Origin: a virus
DNA length: 64,000 nucleotides
Virus record (IMG/VR): IMGVR_UViG_3300042197_004075
Coordinates: 1-64,000 of that record
Direction: 5' to 3' (one strand)
The notes beneath the pieces are model-generated. The model saw only the letters and a list, made by a program, of their open reading frames with translations. It did not search any database and was not told where the DNA came from. This document shows, piece after piece, positions 39,374-49,156 of this stretch. Numbering within the stretch: position 1 is the first letter of the stretch; every line of letters starts with the position of its first letter. The position numbers and the translations under genes are program-made.

Positions 39374-40103
39374 TCAAATATAAAATATTATTTCTCATTT
39401 CATTTAATATGGTTTTATGATATTTGGGACACATTGGGTACAAATCATATATGTTCCGCTTACTTACTAATTTTGAAGCAATATCTAGAAACGAGAGTGC
39501 TTTATAATGATTATTTTGCTCGTAGAAATAGCTTGCAGTAAGAACAGATAGTTCAATAAATTGTGGATAGGTTTTTAGCAAAGTATTTAGCCATTCTTGT
39601 GATTCCTTCAAATTTGTATTCTTTTTGAGCCAATCTTTTAATATTTGAAAATATACATACAATAAATCCTCAGACATTTTTTTACCAAAAAGAAATTTTG
39701 TAAAAACTGCTATTCTGTCATGCGTATCACTTTCTTTAATCCAATTTTGATCAAATGGGAAAATGTTAAATTCATTACTTTTTAGAATTAATTTATTCAC
39801 TTTATGATTATTTGTATTAAAAACTCTCGGTGATTTTACAAAAAAGTCATTTACAGCGAGACATACATGTGAACAATTAAGATCATCCGGCAAGTCAGAT
39901 ACTATCTTTTCATCACTTAAAATGAGTAAAAATGGTTCTTTACCAAATTCGCTTATTATTTGTTGTAATTTGTTTTTATTTGAAGAAATAAGTTTTATGC
40001 AGTCTTTTCTATTACCATCACTAAAATACTTTATTTTTCCATTACAATCTATTCTTAATAGTTGTTGAGAGTCTTGTTTTTGATAGATTGCTAAATTTAT
40101 CAT
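39348..40103 (-). CDS. Hypothetical protein, TPR-like C-terminus
   Basis: 251-aa ORF; YPQFIE...YFYEQNNHYKAL. Confidence 0.65.
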   Translation of the reverse strand: MINLAIYQKQDSQQLLRIDCNGKIKYFSDGNRKDCIKLISSNKNKLQQIISEFGKEPFLLILSDEKIVSDLPDDLNCSHVCLAVNDFFVKSPRVFNTNNHKVNKLILKSNEFNIFPFDQNWIKESDTHDRIAVFTKFLFGKKMSEDLLYVYFQILKDWLKKNTNLKESQEWLNTLLKTYPQFIELSVLTASYFYEQNNHYKALSFLDIASKLVSKRNIYDLYPMCPKYHKTILNEMRNNILYLIKKFDQVH

Positions 40104-40136
40104 TTTGTTTTTATTTACTAACTTATACTAGAAAGG

Positions 40137-40652
40137 TTGAACAAAAGTATGGATTATGTAAATAATAAACAACTAGAAAATAATATTTTATTATTTCAAA
40201 AGTATTTAAAAAACAAAAAAAAGTTTGAATACATGAAAGCTGACTATGAAAACCATAAACAGTTATTAGGTAATAAAATATTTTTACCATTTGATGATAC
40301 TCGGTACGAAGAAAATAACAAAAAATTAAAGGAAGTTAAAGATTATCTGGCTAGTGAGTTTTTTATTCTGGCACAAAATATAGTCAGGTTTACAAATTAT
40401 CAATCTGTAGATGTAGATGATGCAATTCAAGAAGGTGTTTACATTTGTTTGAGCAGGGTGGAACGATTTGATCCCAGTAGAGGCAGCAAAGCTTTTAATT
40501 TTCTTACAACATGCCTTATTCACCACTTGCGGCAGATTTATAGAAGTAATAAAAATTTTATAGAATTAAAGCGTAAATACTGTGATTTTATAGTTCAAAA
40601 GCATGGTAGAGAACTACCAGCAAAACGAAATGAAAGATTAGGTAAAAAATAA
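40137..40652 (+). CDS. T4 gp55-like late-transcription sigma factor
   Basis: YVNNK.L, F.ILA.NI..F.NY, DAIQEG..IC.....RFDP...SKAF..LT.C. Confidence 0.8.
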   Translation: MNKSMDYVNNKQLENNILLFQKYLKNKKKFEYMKADYENHKQLLGNKIFLPFDDTRYEENNKKLKEVKDYLASEFFILAQNIVRFTNYQSVDVDDAIQEGVYICLSRVERFDPSRGSKAFNFLTTCLIHHLRQIYRSNKNFIELKRKYCDFIVQKHGRELPAKRNERLGKK

Positions 40653-40659
40653 TTATTTT

Positions 40660-40688
40660 TTGACGCACTTGATTTTTGTAGATATATT
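40660..40688 (+). promoter_or_regulatory. sigma70-like promoter
   Basis: TTGACG-17-TATATT. Confidence 0.55.
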
Positions 40689-40729
40689 TCCTTTTGATTC
40701 TTTTGAAGAATTTTAAATTGGGAGTTTAT

Positions 40730-40966
40730 ATGAAAAACAAATTTCTCGATGGTATTGAAAACGCTGAACTCATGGCGTTGCTCGAAAATAGTAGTGTTCG
40801 TGAAAAAATTAACACAATTCTTTTAAATGAAAGTATTGTTTACACTAAGAAGGGTAGACTTAACAAATCTGGAGCATGTCGTGTACTCAACATGAAGCCA
40901 AAAGAGCTTGACGATTTCATTATTGAGTGTCGGGATATTATAAAAGCAAGTCAATTTGAAGATTAA
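40730..40966 (+). CDS. Small putative HTH protein
   Basis: GGAG RBS; NKSGACRVLNMKPKEL. Confidence 0.65.
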   Translation: MKNKFLDGIENAELMALLENSSVREKINTILLNESIVYTKKGRLNKSGACRVLNMKPKELDDFIIECRDIIKASQFED

Positions 40967-41598
40967 TTGATACAATTATACCATTCTGCTCGATCATATC
41001 TAAGAGTAAGATTGATACGCATGACATCTGCGGATGTCATGTCGTGTTCACCAAATTCAACTTCTTGTGGCCAAGCATTATAAAAATACCATTGTTCAAG
41101 AAAATTACCACCACCATCTAGTGATGTTACTGTAACATCACGCTTGAATTTACTAGCAGGATCAGCCTGATTTGCAAATTCTAACCCACCATAATATTTT
41201 CCTGTTGCAAAATTTCTATTATTATTTGTCATCCCGTAGACGAAACTTATCCACTCAACAACGGGACTCGCTTTATGCATAGTATCATATAAAGTTACTT
41301 TAATTGGCTTCCAATCGGGTCTACCGGGATAATAAATTGTTTCTGTTAAATGTGTTACTTCAGTCTCTTTGAAACTAAATGATGGCCTACTTGCTTTTTC
41401 CCAAATTAAAATTGATAAACCATCACGCAAACTTGTAATATTTGCATTTGTAATTCGTACGGCTGGTTTATCTTCAGTACCTGTGCCCGAAACATTTCCG
41501 GTTGTGACACCCCAAATGTTTAAAATAAATCGGCAAGCTCTCTTGAACAAAAGTTGAGAGGCAAAACCAATTCCCATATTTCCTCTAGCATTTGGCAT
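40963..41598 (-). CDS. Tail tube protein paralog (gp19-like)
   Basis: ASRP, YYPGR..W.PI.VT.YD, FKRD, W.FYNAWP..V.FG, TLRYD. Confidence 0.85.
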   Translation of the reverse strand: MPNARGNMGIGFASQLLFKRACRFILNIWGVTTGNVSGTGTEDKPAVRITNANITSLRDGLSILIWEKASRPSFSFKETEVTHLTETIYYPGRPDWKPIKVTLYDTMHKASPVVEWISFVYGMTNNNRNFATGKYYGGLEFANQADPASKFKRDVTVTSLDGGGNFLEQWYFYNAWPQEVEFGEHDMTSADVMRINLTLRYDRAEWYNCIN

Positions 41599-41615
41599 TT
41601 TTGTTTATCCTAATG

Positions 41616-41654
41616 AAAAAACTCCACTTCTATATAGAACAGAAGTGGAGTTTT
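41616..41654 (-). terminator. Intrinsic terminator after the major tail tube gene
   Basis: 14-bp stem AAAACTCCACTTCT/AGAAGTGGAGTTTT. Confidence 0.8.
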
Positions 41655-41671
41655 GTGTTTTAAATTTAACT

Positions 41672-42301
41672 TTAGTAAGTACCAGCACGACCACCGGGAC
41701 ATGCAGGCACGGGCAGAGTGCCGGGAGGCACAGGAATACAGTAGTTTGTGTACTTGGCGAAGCTATAACGCATATTCAATTCAATTGTACATTCTTCGGA
41801 GCTTGAGTAATCAAGATCACCGAAGTTAATTGAAACTGGCCAGCAGTTAATCAAACGCCACTCTTCAAGAGCATAACCACCACCATCAAGAAGTGTGAGA
41901 ATGCCGTTGCCAGCGTATCCATCTCCAGCAGCATTTTTAGCAACATTCTTTTGTGTTGCTGAGATAAACTCACCATTTCCATCAGAGAAGTTATAAACCT
42001 TGTTTACCCAAACAAGAAGGTTGTTTACAGCAGCATCAGTAGAAGCGATATCGTAATAAGTTACTGACAACTGTTGGAATGTTGCCTTACCGGGAATCCA
42101 TGTCTTGCCATTAAGGAAGTTAATTTCAGTTTCCTCAACCTCAAGTTGTGGACGATTAGCAACTTTCACATATTGGCCACCTACGCCTAGTTGTGGATTG
42201 CCACCAATATTATCAACACGGAATGTCCATCTATACTTCCGTTTGAAGGTTGCACTACCGAGTGGGCCGATGCCCATATTATTTACTGTCGAAATTGCCA
42301 T
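41672..42301 (-). CDS. Tail tube protein (T4 gp19-like)
   Basis: KRKYRW, ANRP, PGK..F..LSVT, EEW.L.NCWP.SINFGDLDYSS; directly downstream of the sheath; GGAGG RBS. Confidence 0.9.
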   Translation of the reverse strand: MAISTVNNMGIGPLGSATFKRKYRWTFRVDNIGGNPQLGVGGQYVKVANRPQLEVEETEINFLNGKTWIPGKATFQQLSVTYYDIASTDAAVNNLLVWVNKVYNFSDGNGEFISATQKNVAKNAAGDGYAGNGILTLLDGGGYALEEWRLINCWPVSINFGDLDYSSSEECTIELNMRYSFAKYTNYCIPVPPGTLPVPACPGGRAGTY

Positions 42302-42334
42302 GTTTTTCCTCCAATTTGTATTTTAATTAATTCA

Positions 42335-44674
42335 TTATCCAAGGCTAGTGCCAGTTCTATTTAGTGAAAATTCAATAAAGATGAATTCTACTGCCCTTGT
42401 TGGAACAACACCAATTCTGGCTCGGAGTTCGTTCCTATCAATAACATCGGGTGGGTTAAGTTCCTCGTCGCACTTAATAACGAAATCAGTAAGACCTTGA
42501 CCCTGTTGCACCTCTGAAAGAATTGATGTGCAAGCTGAAACGAATGTGCTGCGAAGAGCCTCGGTGTTTGGTTCAAACAGTAGTGCCCTTGCAACATTCT
42601 TGATTGATTTTTCAATAAAGAACATCATTCTACGAACATTGACTCTATCAAGAGCAGTAGGTGCCCTTTGAAGAGTTTTCTGGCCCCAGATAACAAATCC
42701 TGCGATGTCAGGATAAGAAATAATTGGGTTAATTGCATTTTGGTTGCCGTACATCTGATCTCGTTCAGCCAAAGTTGGACGAGTATACACATTTGCAACA
42801 CCTTGAGTTACACCACGGGTCAAACCGGCTGGAGCGAACCATACGGCAGACAAATTGTCGCTGTAACAGATAGTTGCTAGTACAGTACCGCTTGGTGGAA
42901 CCCAGACAGGAATGTTATTGTATGTGTCTGTGATCTGCAACCAAGGCCAATAAAGAGCGGCAAAGTCACTATCAAAGCGATCTGAATTGAGCGGATGCAC
43001 ACCATTTTGCCAATCAATAATATCCCTTACAGTTAGTCCGAAAGGAGGATCAACAATCGCCAAGCAATCCTGTCGATATGTTTCAGCAACACTAACCAAA
43101 GCACGAATAACTGCGGTGCTTGATCGACCGGGAGCGGCGATAAGGTCAATGTCAATCTGTTCTGGTTCGGATAGATTATAAAGACCTGTTCCAGCAACAG
43201 GATTGCCAATCACTAAATCATCCTGATCATCAGGATCGACAGGTAAACCATCAACGCCACCACTCAATGACAAGCCAGTCGCAGCGGTGTTTGCAGGAGG
43301 AGCAGATGTTGCTGTGTTGTCAACAATCCTAATGAAATTAGAGTTTGCATTTACATATGTTGGTGCATAGAAAGTTGAGTCCTGATTCTTAGTCAAATTG
43401 CCCCATGATTCAACAGATGCCCCGTTATTAAATACTTTCACAGTAAATGAGCCGTTTGTGGTATCATTTTGGAAAATAACTTGGGTGTGGTTGCCTTCAA
43501 GACCCGGAGAATCTGCATAAACAGTAAGGCTCACTAGACTTGAACTATTTGCAGAACCTGTAATAATACCACCCGTGTCAGTAGATCCTCCACCGGATGT
43601 CTCAGTTGGAGAAGTACCAGCTTTTTGGGTGTTTGCAAGACCAAGCACCACATCTAGAGTGCTATCAGCCTTCACAAGAAGCTTGCTATCTCTACCAAAA
43701 GCGATAGTCTCAAGTTGCACATAATCACCAACTGCAACTGCTAGGAAGCCACCCGGAAGACTACTAATTTGATTATTAATTTCTGCTACAACTTGAGCAG
43801 TTGTATAGGTGCCGCCAGCAAGAGCATCAAGATTAACTACTTGCACGACATCATCAATATTAACATTACCTGTTCCACTAACAACAACTTGAAGTGCTGT
43901 TTCCATAGTGGTCATGCTAACACCTGAGAAGTTCCAAGTACCAGCAGAGGTGTAGATATCGTCAGGATAACGATCAGCGGTGCCGAGAAGTTCGGCAACT
44001 GTCATGGATGTACCCATTCCAACAATGCTGGATGCTCCACCATAGATTGAGTCTTGGATCGAAACTAGCTCGATTGAAGCTGATGATCCGAAGGCCCAAG
44101 TACTGCGAAGTCCTAAAGTATTGCTGCTTGTTGCGTAGAATTCAATACCATCGATAAGTGCAGTAAGTTGATCATTAAGTTCTGTTACCAAAGCTGTTAA
44201 AGTATAGGTTGCAGCAGCCACTACAAGTGTTTTACTGGCTAGTACACCATTTAGTTTCCATGCAAAATATGAATCTACAGCAAATGTATATGGGCCAGTA
44301 GCTGAACCAATAATGTCAACTAATCCACCGGCAGCAGGGACTTGGACAGATGCTGTGGTAGCTTGTGATCCGCTTGTTGGATCAACATCAGCTACACGAA
44401 CAATTACCACATCGTTTGAAACCTGAAGTGCCTGTTGAGCAGCGTAAATAAGATAAGGGTCACCTTGATCAGGGTGTGGATTACCAAACTTGGTGGCAAG
44501 GTCGGTGAGACTTGTCACACTAGTTGGTGTATTGATTGGCCCTTTAGATGCAAAACCAACAAGACCAATTCTGTGAAAAGTAGTTGTTGGTGAAAGAAGG
44601 GTCAAATCAACTTCAGAGATACGAACTGAAGGACTTATTGTGTTGCTTGGTGGGAAACCTGTTAGGATAGCCAT
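42335..44674 (-). CDS. Tail sheath protein (T4 gp18-like)
   Basis: SPSV.I.EVD, KGP.N.P, ALYWPW, VPPSG, WFAPAG..RG, INPI, WGQKT, RVNVRR, FEPN, EFI.I.F. Confidence 0.96.
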   Translation of the reverse strand: MAILTGFPPSNTISPSVRISEVDLTLLSPTTTFHRIGLVGFASKGPINTPTSVTSLTDLATKFGNPHPDQGDPYLIYAAQQALQVSNDVVIVRVADVDPTSGSQATTASVQVPAAGGLVDIIGSATGPYTFAVDSYFAWKLNGVLASKTLVVAAATYTLTALVTELNDQLTALIDGIEFYATSSNTLGLRSTWAFGSSASIELVSIQDSIYGGASSIVGMGTSMTVAELLGTADRYPDDIYTSAGTWNFSGVSMTTMETALQVVVSGTGNVNIDDVVQVVNLDALAGGTYTTAQVVAEINNQISSLPGGFLAVAVGDYVQLETIAFGRDSKLLVKADSTLDVVLGLANTQKAGTSPTETSGGGSTDTGGIITGSANSSSLVSLTVYADSPGLEGNHTQVIFQNDTTNGSFTVKVFNNGASVESWGNLTKNQDSTFYAPTYVNANSNFIRIVDNTATSAPPANTAATGLSLSGGVDGLPVDPDDQDDLVIGNPVAGTGLYNLSEPEQIDIDLIAAPGRSSTAVIRALVSVAETYRQDCLAIVDPPFGLTVRDIIDWQNGVHPLNSDRFDSDFAALYWPWLQITDTYNNIPVWVPPSGTVLATICYSDNLSAVWFAPAGLTRGVTQGVANVYTRPTLAERDQMYGNQNAINPIISYPDIAGFVIWGQKTLQRAPTALDRVNVRRMMFFIEKSIKNVARALLFEPNTEALRSTFVSACTSILSEVQQGQGLTDFVIKCDEELNPPDVIDRNELRARIGVVPTRAVEFIFIEFSLNRTGTSLG

Positions 44675-44675
44675 C

Positions 44676-44897
44676 TTACTTTTCTCCTTCTAAAATATTA
44701 GATATTCTTCTAGTGGTAATTAATCCATCTTTTTCTGCTCTATCTATATATTCAGTATGTCTTTCATCTTCAAGAAAAAATACATTTTTTCCTTTGCCCA
44801 AGGCTGGTATGTTGAGAACTGTGAATTGCCTAGTTCTTTTTTTACTCTTGATAATGAGTTGAACTGGAAATTTTTTCAAGTTCGTAATTTTAATCAT
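44676..44897 (-). CDS. Small hypothetical protein in the tail operon
   Basis: Tightly packed between the gp15-like and sheath genes. Confidence 0.7.
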   Translation of the reverse strand: MIKITNLKKFPVQLIIKSKKRTRQFTVLNIPALGKGKNVFFLEDERHTEYIDRAEKDGLITTRRISNILEGEK

Positions 44898-44898
44898 C

Positions 44899-45891
44899 TT
44901 AACCGCCTGACTCTTTTATTCTACCTATTACACTTGTTACTGAATCAAATTCAACAGCATCAACAATATCACCTTTAAAGACCTTTATTAACGAATCATA
45001 ACGCTTAATAGGCATTGGCACATATGTTTCTGCTGTTAAACCAAACTGAAACTTGATTACTCGCAACGCTTGATCACCGGGTTCTGTTTCAAGGTTGTTG
45101 GCAATCGAGTCCAATTTGACAATAACATCTTGTAAAACTCCTCTAACTTTTATGTATGCAACAAGACTAAATTTTGTGACTATCTGTTCTAAAATTTGAT
45201 TCATGTCTTCAAGTTGCATGGTCCAAGCATATAATGTATACTCTATATTTAATGGAATGCCTCTTGACACACCAAAAACAGTTGATTTATTGTCTGGCAA
45301 GTTTCTATCAAATTTTGAAGATCCTGTGTAGGCATTTAAATATCTTAATGCTTGATGATAAGTATATCGATTTGCATCAAAAGAGTAACCAGTAGAACTT
45401 ATTGCTAACATAGGAAGTTTAATTCTATCAACAACAATAGTTTCATCTTTGCGAACATTTTGCTGTAATATTGCAGCTACTGCTCTTTCTTGTGTTCCCC
45501 AAATTACAGGAACCTTTATGGCTTTACCATCTTCATCGATTACAACAATGTCTCGAAACAAATCCATAACACCTTCATCAGTTCCTCGCACAGCTTTGCT
45601 GTACCGATAAACTGTATTATCATCTATTTTGCCATCTACATCGTTTACAATTTTACCAGCTTGCATTGGATCAGCATTATTTGCTGCACCATTGCCGGTG
45701 TTTTGTACTAAATTGTCATTTAACCAATCTTCGACTCCATTGTTTCCAATGTTGTTTTGATTATCAGGTTTTTCATTACAAACAAAACCCGGTGGACCAT
45801 CTGTGTTGTTTGATCTTCCTAAAGGTGAAAGATCTGGACAAGTTTGTAGATTGTCTTTATATGAATTTGGATTCGGCCCGATTGGTAACAT
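44899..45891 (-). CDS. Tail completion / sheath stabilizer (T4 gp15-like)
   Basis: LF.DI.V, IKVPVIWG..ER, LPM, P.NIEY.L, DMNQILEQI. Confidence 0.8.
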   Translation of the reverse strand: MLPIGPNPNSYKDNLQTCPDLSPLGRSNNTDGPPGFVCNEKPDNQNNIGNNGVEDWLNDNLVQNTGNGAANNADPMQAGKIVNDVDGKIDDNTVYRYSKAVRGTDEGVMDLFRDIVVIDEDGKAIKVPVIWGTQERAVAAILQQNVRKDETIVVDRIKLPMLAISSTGYSFDANRYTYHQALRYLNAYTGSSKFDRNLPDNKSTVFGVSRGIPLNIEYTLYAWTMQLEDMNQILEQIVTKFSLVAYIKVRGVLQDVIVKLDSIANNLETEPGDQALRVIKFQFGLTAETYVPMPIKRYDSLIKVFKGDIVDAVEFDSVTSVIGRIKESGG

Positions 45892-45937
45892 AAAATTATG
45901 TAGTTTTAAATATTATTATTTTTCCTATATTAATTTT

Positions 45938-46783
45938 ATGAGCAGCAGATATGGCAGTAAGTTTCATATTGAATATAGAACATACGGCAAGTCATTGCCT
46001 CCAAAAAGATGTGCTATTCATATTCCCGGTTGGGCAGGAGATGCCACAGATCACACAAATGGAAGCGTTGCAAAACCATTACATTGTATACCATTTGTTG
46101 AAGGTAGTACTTATGGTCTGGAATTGATATATGCATTTGATACAACAACTTATGTCACCAAGAAAAATGGTGAAATCATTTTTGAGGGCGAGTGGGAAAA
46201 AGAAAATTTAATGGGCGTAAAATATGATTCGATACCTCCATTCGGAGCTTTTGCAGCTGATCATTATGGTATGACATCATGTTTAGATATTAAAATTCCA
46301 AAAGATCATGTTCTGAGACTTGAACCACATCCAAGTTTTTATACAGATCCAACTTATTCAACACCTTGGGTGGTGCCCGGTCACATTCAAGCAGAGTGGT
46401 GGTCTAGTATATTTTTTGTTGTTTTTAAAGCTCCCCCAGAAGGACACACTCATGTATTTCAAAAGAACACTCCATATGCACAAGTATTAATTTTGCCAAG
46501 AAAAGTTAATTATGATATTGAAAAAATGTCAGAAACTGCCGAGAAGGAACGATCAGAAAGGAATAACCTTATTTTTAACAATAGGAAAAAATATTCAAAA
46601 AATATCTGGAAAGATTCAAACGGAAAAGAATTTGACGATAAATATAAACAAATAAAAAATATATTTGAAAAACATGGAATAGAAGCAGTCGATAAGTTTT
46701 TATCTAAATTCAAAAATCCACAAGAAGTAAAAAAAATTAAAAGAAAACTTAAATTATTTGGTGTAAAAAATAAAAAAAAATAA
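45938..46783 (+). CDS. Hypothetical protein (DUF6065-like)
   Basis: HCIPF.....YG, PGHIQAEWW, F....P.AQV..LP. Confidence 0.6.
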   Translation: MSSRYGSKFHIEYRTYGKSLPPKRCAIHIPGWAGDATDHTNGSVAKPLHCIPFVEGSTYGLELIYAFDTTTYVTKKNGEIIFEGEWEKENLMGVKYDSIPPFGAFAADHYGMTSCLDIKIPKDHVLRLEPHPSFYTDPTYSTPWVVPGHIQAEWWSSIFFVVFKAPPEGHTHVFQKNTPYAQVLILPRKVNYDIEKMSETAEKERSERNNLIFNNRKKYSKNIWKDSNGKEFDDKYKQIKNIFEKHGIEAVDKFLSKFKNPQEVKKIKRKLKLFGVKNKKK

Positions 46784-46826
46784 GTCTTGATTGCTCAAAA
46801 CTTATTTTTATAATTTATAAATTGAA

Positions 46827-47492
46827 TTACATTTGGAAATTCATAGCTGGTGCTTGTGCTTGTGCATTTCCAGCGGCAGGAGCTTGTTGACCTCCTGCTG
46901 GAGGTGCGGCTCCACCAGATTCCCCGCCCATGTTCATATCAAGATCCATACCGGAATCTGCGCCTTGAGCCTGATCACCACCCGCAGCGTCACCTTCGGG
47001 TTTATTGCCTTCCTCACCTTCGCTATCGGCCTCTTCTTCATCTTCATCCTCCACGGAATCAGCAAGTTCACCAATCTTATTTACTGCTTGTTTAAGTCTT
47101 GAAACAGTATCTGAATCTAGTGTATTATTGTTATCTTGTGCTGCTGAAAGAACTTGATCTAAAAGTCCTTTGATCTCGCCTAGAGATTCTTTTGTTTCAT
47201 TCTTGCCAACTGAGCCAACTGATTTAGAAAGTTGTGAATCGCCTGTATCTCCCATATCGCTCATAGTTCCTTGCTGATCAGCAGGAACTTGGCCAGAAAC
47301 TCCCTTCATCCCACCAGCAGAAGCCCCTGAATTATCTCCACCAAAATCAACACCGCCACCAGCAGCATCTCCACCCATGCCGCCTCCCATATTCCCACCC
47401 ATGGAGCCACCCATGTCACCACCAGCGGCAGCATCTTGCTCAAAAAGTTTTTTAGCTTGAATTATTTGATACATTTCATAAAAAGTTTTCAT
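46827..47492 (-). CDS. Gly/Met/acidic low-complexity protein, candidate internal head protein
   Basis: MKTFYEM start; GAGGAG RBS; TAAATA at 47511-47516 (minus). Confidence 0.8.
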   Translation of the reverse strand: MKTFYEMYQIIQAKKLFEQDAAAGGDMGGSMGGNMGGGMGGDAAGGGVDFGGDNSGASAGGMKGVSGQVPADQQGTMSDMGDTGDSQLSKSVGSVGKNETKESLGEIKGLLDQVLSAAQDNNNTLDSDTVSRLKQAVNKIGELADSVEDEDEEEADSEGEEGNKPEGDAAGGDQAQGADSGMDLDMNMGGESGGAAPPAGGQQAPAAGNAQAQAPAMNFQM

Positions 47493-47523
47493 AATTTCTC
47501 CTCGTATGCTTATTTAGCAAAGA

Positions 47524-48060
47524 TTAAATAATTTTGTAATCAGCATTTTTCTTTTCACCAACAGAAGAACCTGATACATCGTCTTCTTGGAACCTCTGAC
47601 AAATAAGTTGCAATCTCAAAGCATTATACTTTTTAAACTCACCTAATTTTCTTTCAATAATTACCCAATCCTCATTGAGAAAAGGCGTTCTTACCCTACT
47701 GCCAATTTTTGGCGCATAGCCCAAGTCTCGCAATACGGCCTTGTAATTTAGGTCAAAAGTCATTTCATCTGGGCTATCTAATCCAAATGCAGTTTGCATA
47801 TTTTGACTTGGAATTGGTTCGTACACGCACCATAATTGGACAGGATTTTTACTGTAAATTTTTGCTCTTGTCTCAACATAAAGTGGATCAATATTATTTA
47901 CATCAACAAACAACTCATAGTAAAACAAGGGACTGCCACCAAGTCTTATAGACTCTTCATCCCATTTATTAAACAAATCTCGATCTGGTGATGAATCATC
48001 GAACTGTTGAAGCGACCCAACAGCAGAGTATGGTTTTCCATCAGATCGATAGATTGTCAT
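47524..48060 (-). CDS. Neck protein (T4 gp14-like)
   Basis: ESIRLGG...YY, DPLY.E, FGL...DE..F, PKIG. Confidence 0.75.
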   Translation of the reverse strand: MTIYRSDGKPYSAVGSLQQFDDSSPDRDLFNKWDEESIRLGGSPLFYYELFVDVNNIDPLYVETRAKIYSKNPVQLWCVYEPIPSQNMQTAFGLDSPDEMTFDLNYKAVLRDLGYAPKIGSRVRTPFLNEDWVIIERKLGEFKKYNALRLQLICQRFQEDDVSGSSVGEKKNADYKII

Positions 48061-48071
48061 AAACTCCTTTG

Positions 48072-48476
48072 TTATGCACAACTATTGAGCGAAATTGTTG
48101 ATGTAATTAGAATTTGACCACCACTTGCTGGTAGCTGGAAAGGAGCAGCGGTAAAGCGTTCCAACCAAAGCAAGTTGCTTGAAGTATCAGTCACATAGTA
48201 ACCATATACTGTAGCACTTGTGGAGAAAGTGAAAGTAATTTCAGGATAGGAAGCAGTCGCCACACCACTACTTGTCGCCACTGTCCAAGTGGCAGATGTT
48301 AATGTAACAGCAGCATAACCGCTAGCAGCGACTTCTGTGACGCTAGCAGTTGTAGCATTAGCATCAGGTGTGTAGTTATTTGAAAATAGACGGAGAACTG
48401 TATTAGGTGGGGCGATTACATTAAGCATATAACTAAGCAGCTTAACTTCACCCACATTTGGAACAACTAAAGCCAT
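48072..48476 (-). CDS. Probable virion structural protein
   Basis: LRLF.N, GY..VTL...W, FT.......YGYYV, ERF; S/T-rich; AGGAG RBS. Confidence 0.7.
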   Translation of the reverse strand: MALVVPNVGEVKLLSYMLNVIAPPNTVLRLFSNNYTPDANATTASVTEVAASGYAAVTLTSATWTVATSSGVATASYPEITFTFSTSATVYGYYVTDTSSNLLWLERFTAAPFQLPASGGQILITSTISLNSCA

Positions 48477-48520
48477 TTTACTCTCCTAAATTAAGGTTGA
48501 TATTATATATTAATGTAGTC

Positions 48521-49156
48521 ATGACTATTTACAAAAAAGATGGTTCTATTTATAAATTTTCAGAACCAAATAAAATTATGATTCAACAAAACTTATGGGA
48601 TAATTATATAACCCATAATTTGAATTACCTTTCTCAATATATATTAATGGCAGAGGAAAAATCTTTTTATTCAAATGTACTAGATTTAACAACAAAAATA
48701 AAAAAGCTATCTGAAATTAAAACAAATGTTGATATATCTAATCAACAACAGTTAATTGAAATTGCCAAAGAAGTTGAGCAAAATCAACAATTAGAACAGA
48801 TTACAGAGATAAAACCAATTGTTCAATCAACACAAGATACTAGATTAAAGTTACAAAAAACAATTGCACATTGTTTAATTGCTAAAATAAAAGAAAAAAC
48901 TGATGATTTATATGGAGATATTAACAGAAAGATTGAATACTCAGATTCATTTACTGTAGAAATTATAATTGTTGAAACACAAGATCTTAAAATTAAAATT
49001 TTTACAACTTATGAAAATTTTTCCATGGACACAATTTTGTATCCTAAAGACACGGAAAAGAGATGGTGGCAAATTGTTAATATCATACCTAATCCTAAAG
49101 GATTCTTTTTGGAGTGTATTCCATCAAAACTACAACCTAGTTTTTCTATGAAATAA
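48521..49156 (+). CDS. Hypothetical protein
   Basis: Start moved to MTIYKKDG; DDLYGD motif; possible distant gp14 paralog. Confidence 0.7.
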   Translation: MTIYKKDGSIYKFSEPNKIMIQQNLWDNYITHNLNYLSQYILMAEEKSFYSNVLDLTTKIKKLSEIKTNVDISNQQQLIEIAKEVEQNQQLEQITEIKPIVQSTQDTRLKLQKTIAHCLIAKIKEKTDDLYGDINRKIEYSDSFTVEIIIVETQDLKIKIFTTYENFSMDTILYPKDTEKRWWQIVNIIPNPKGFFLECIPSKLQPSFSMK

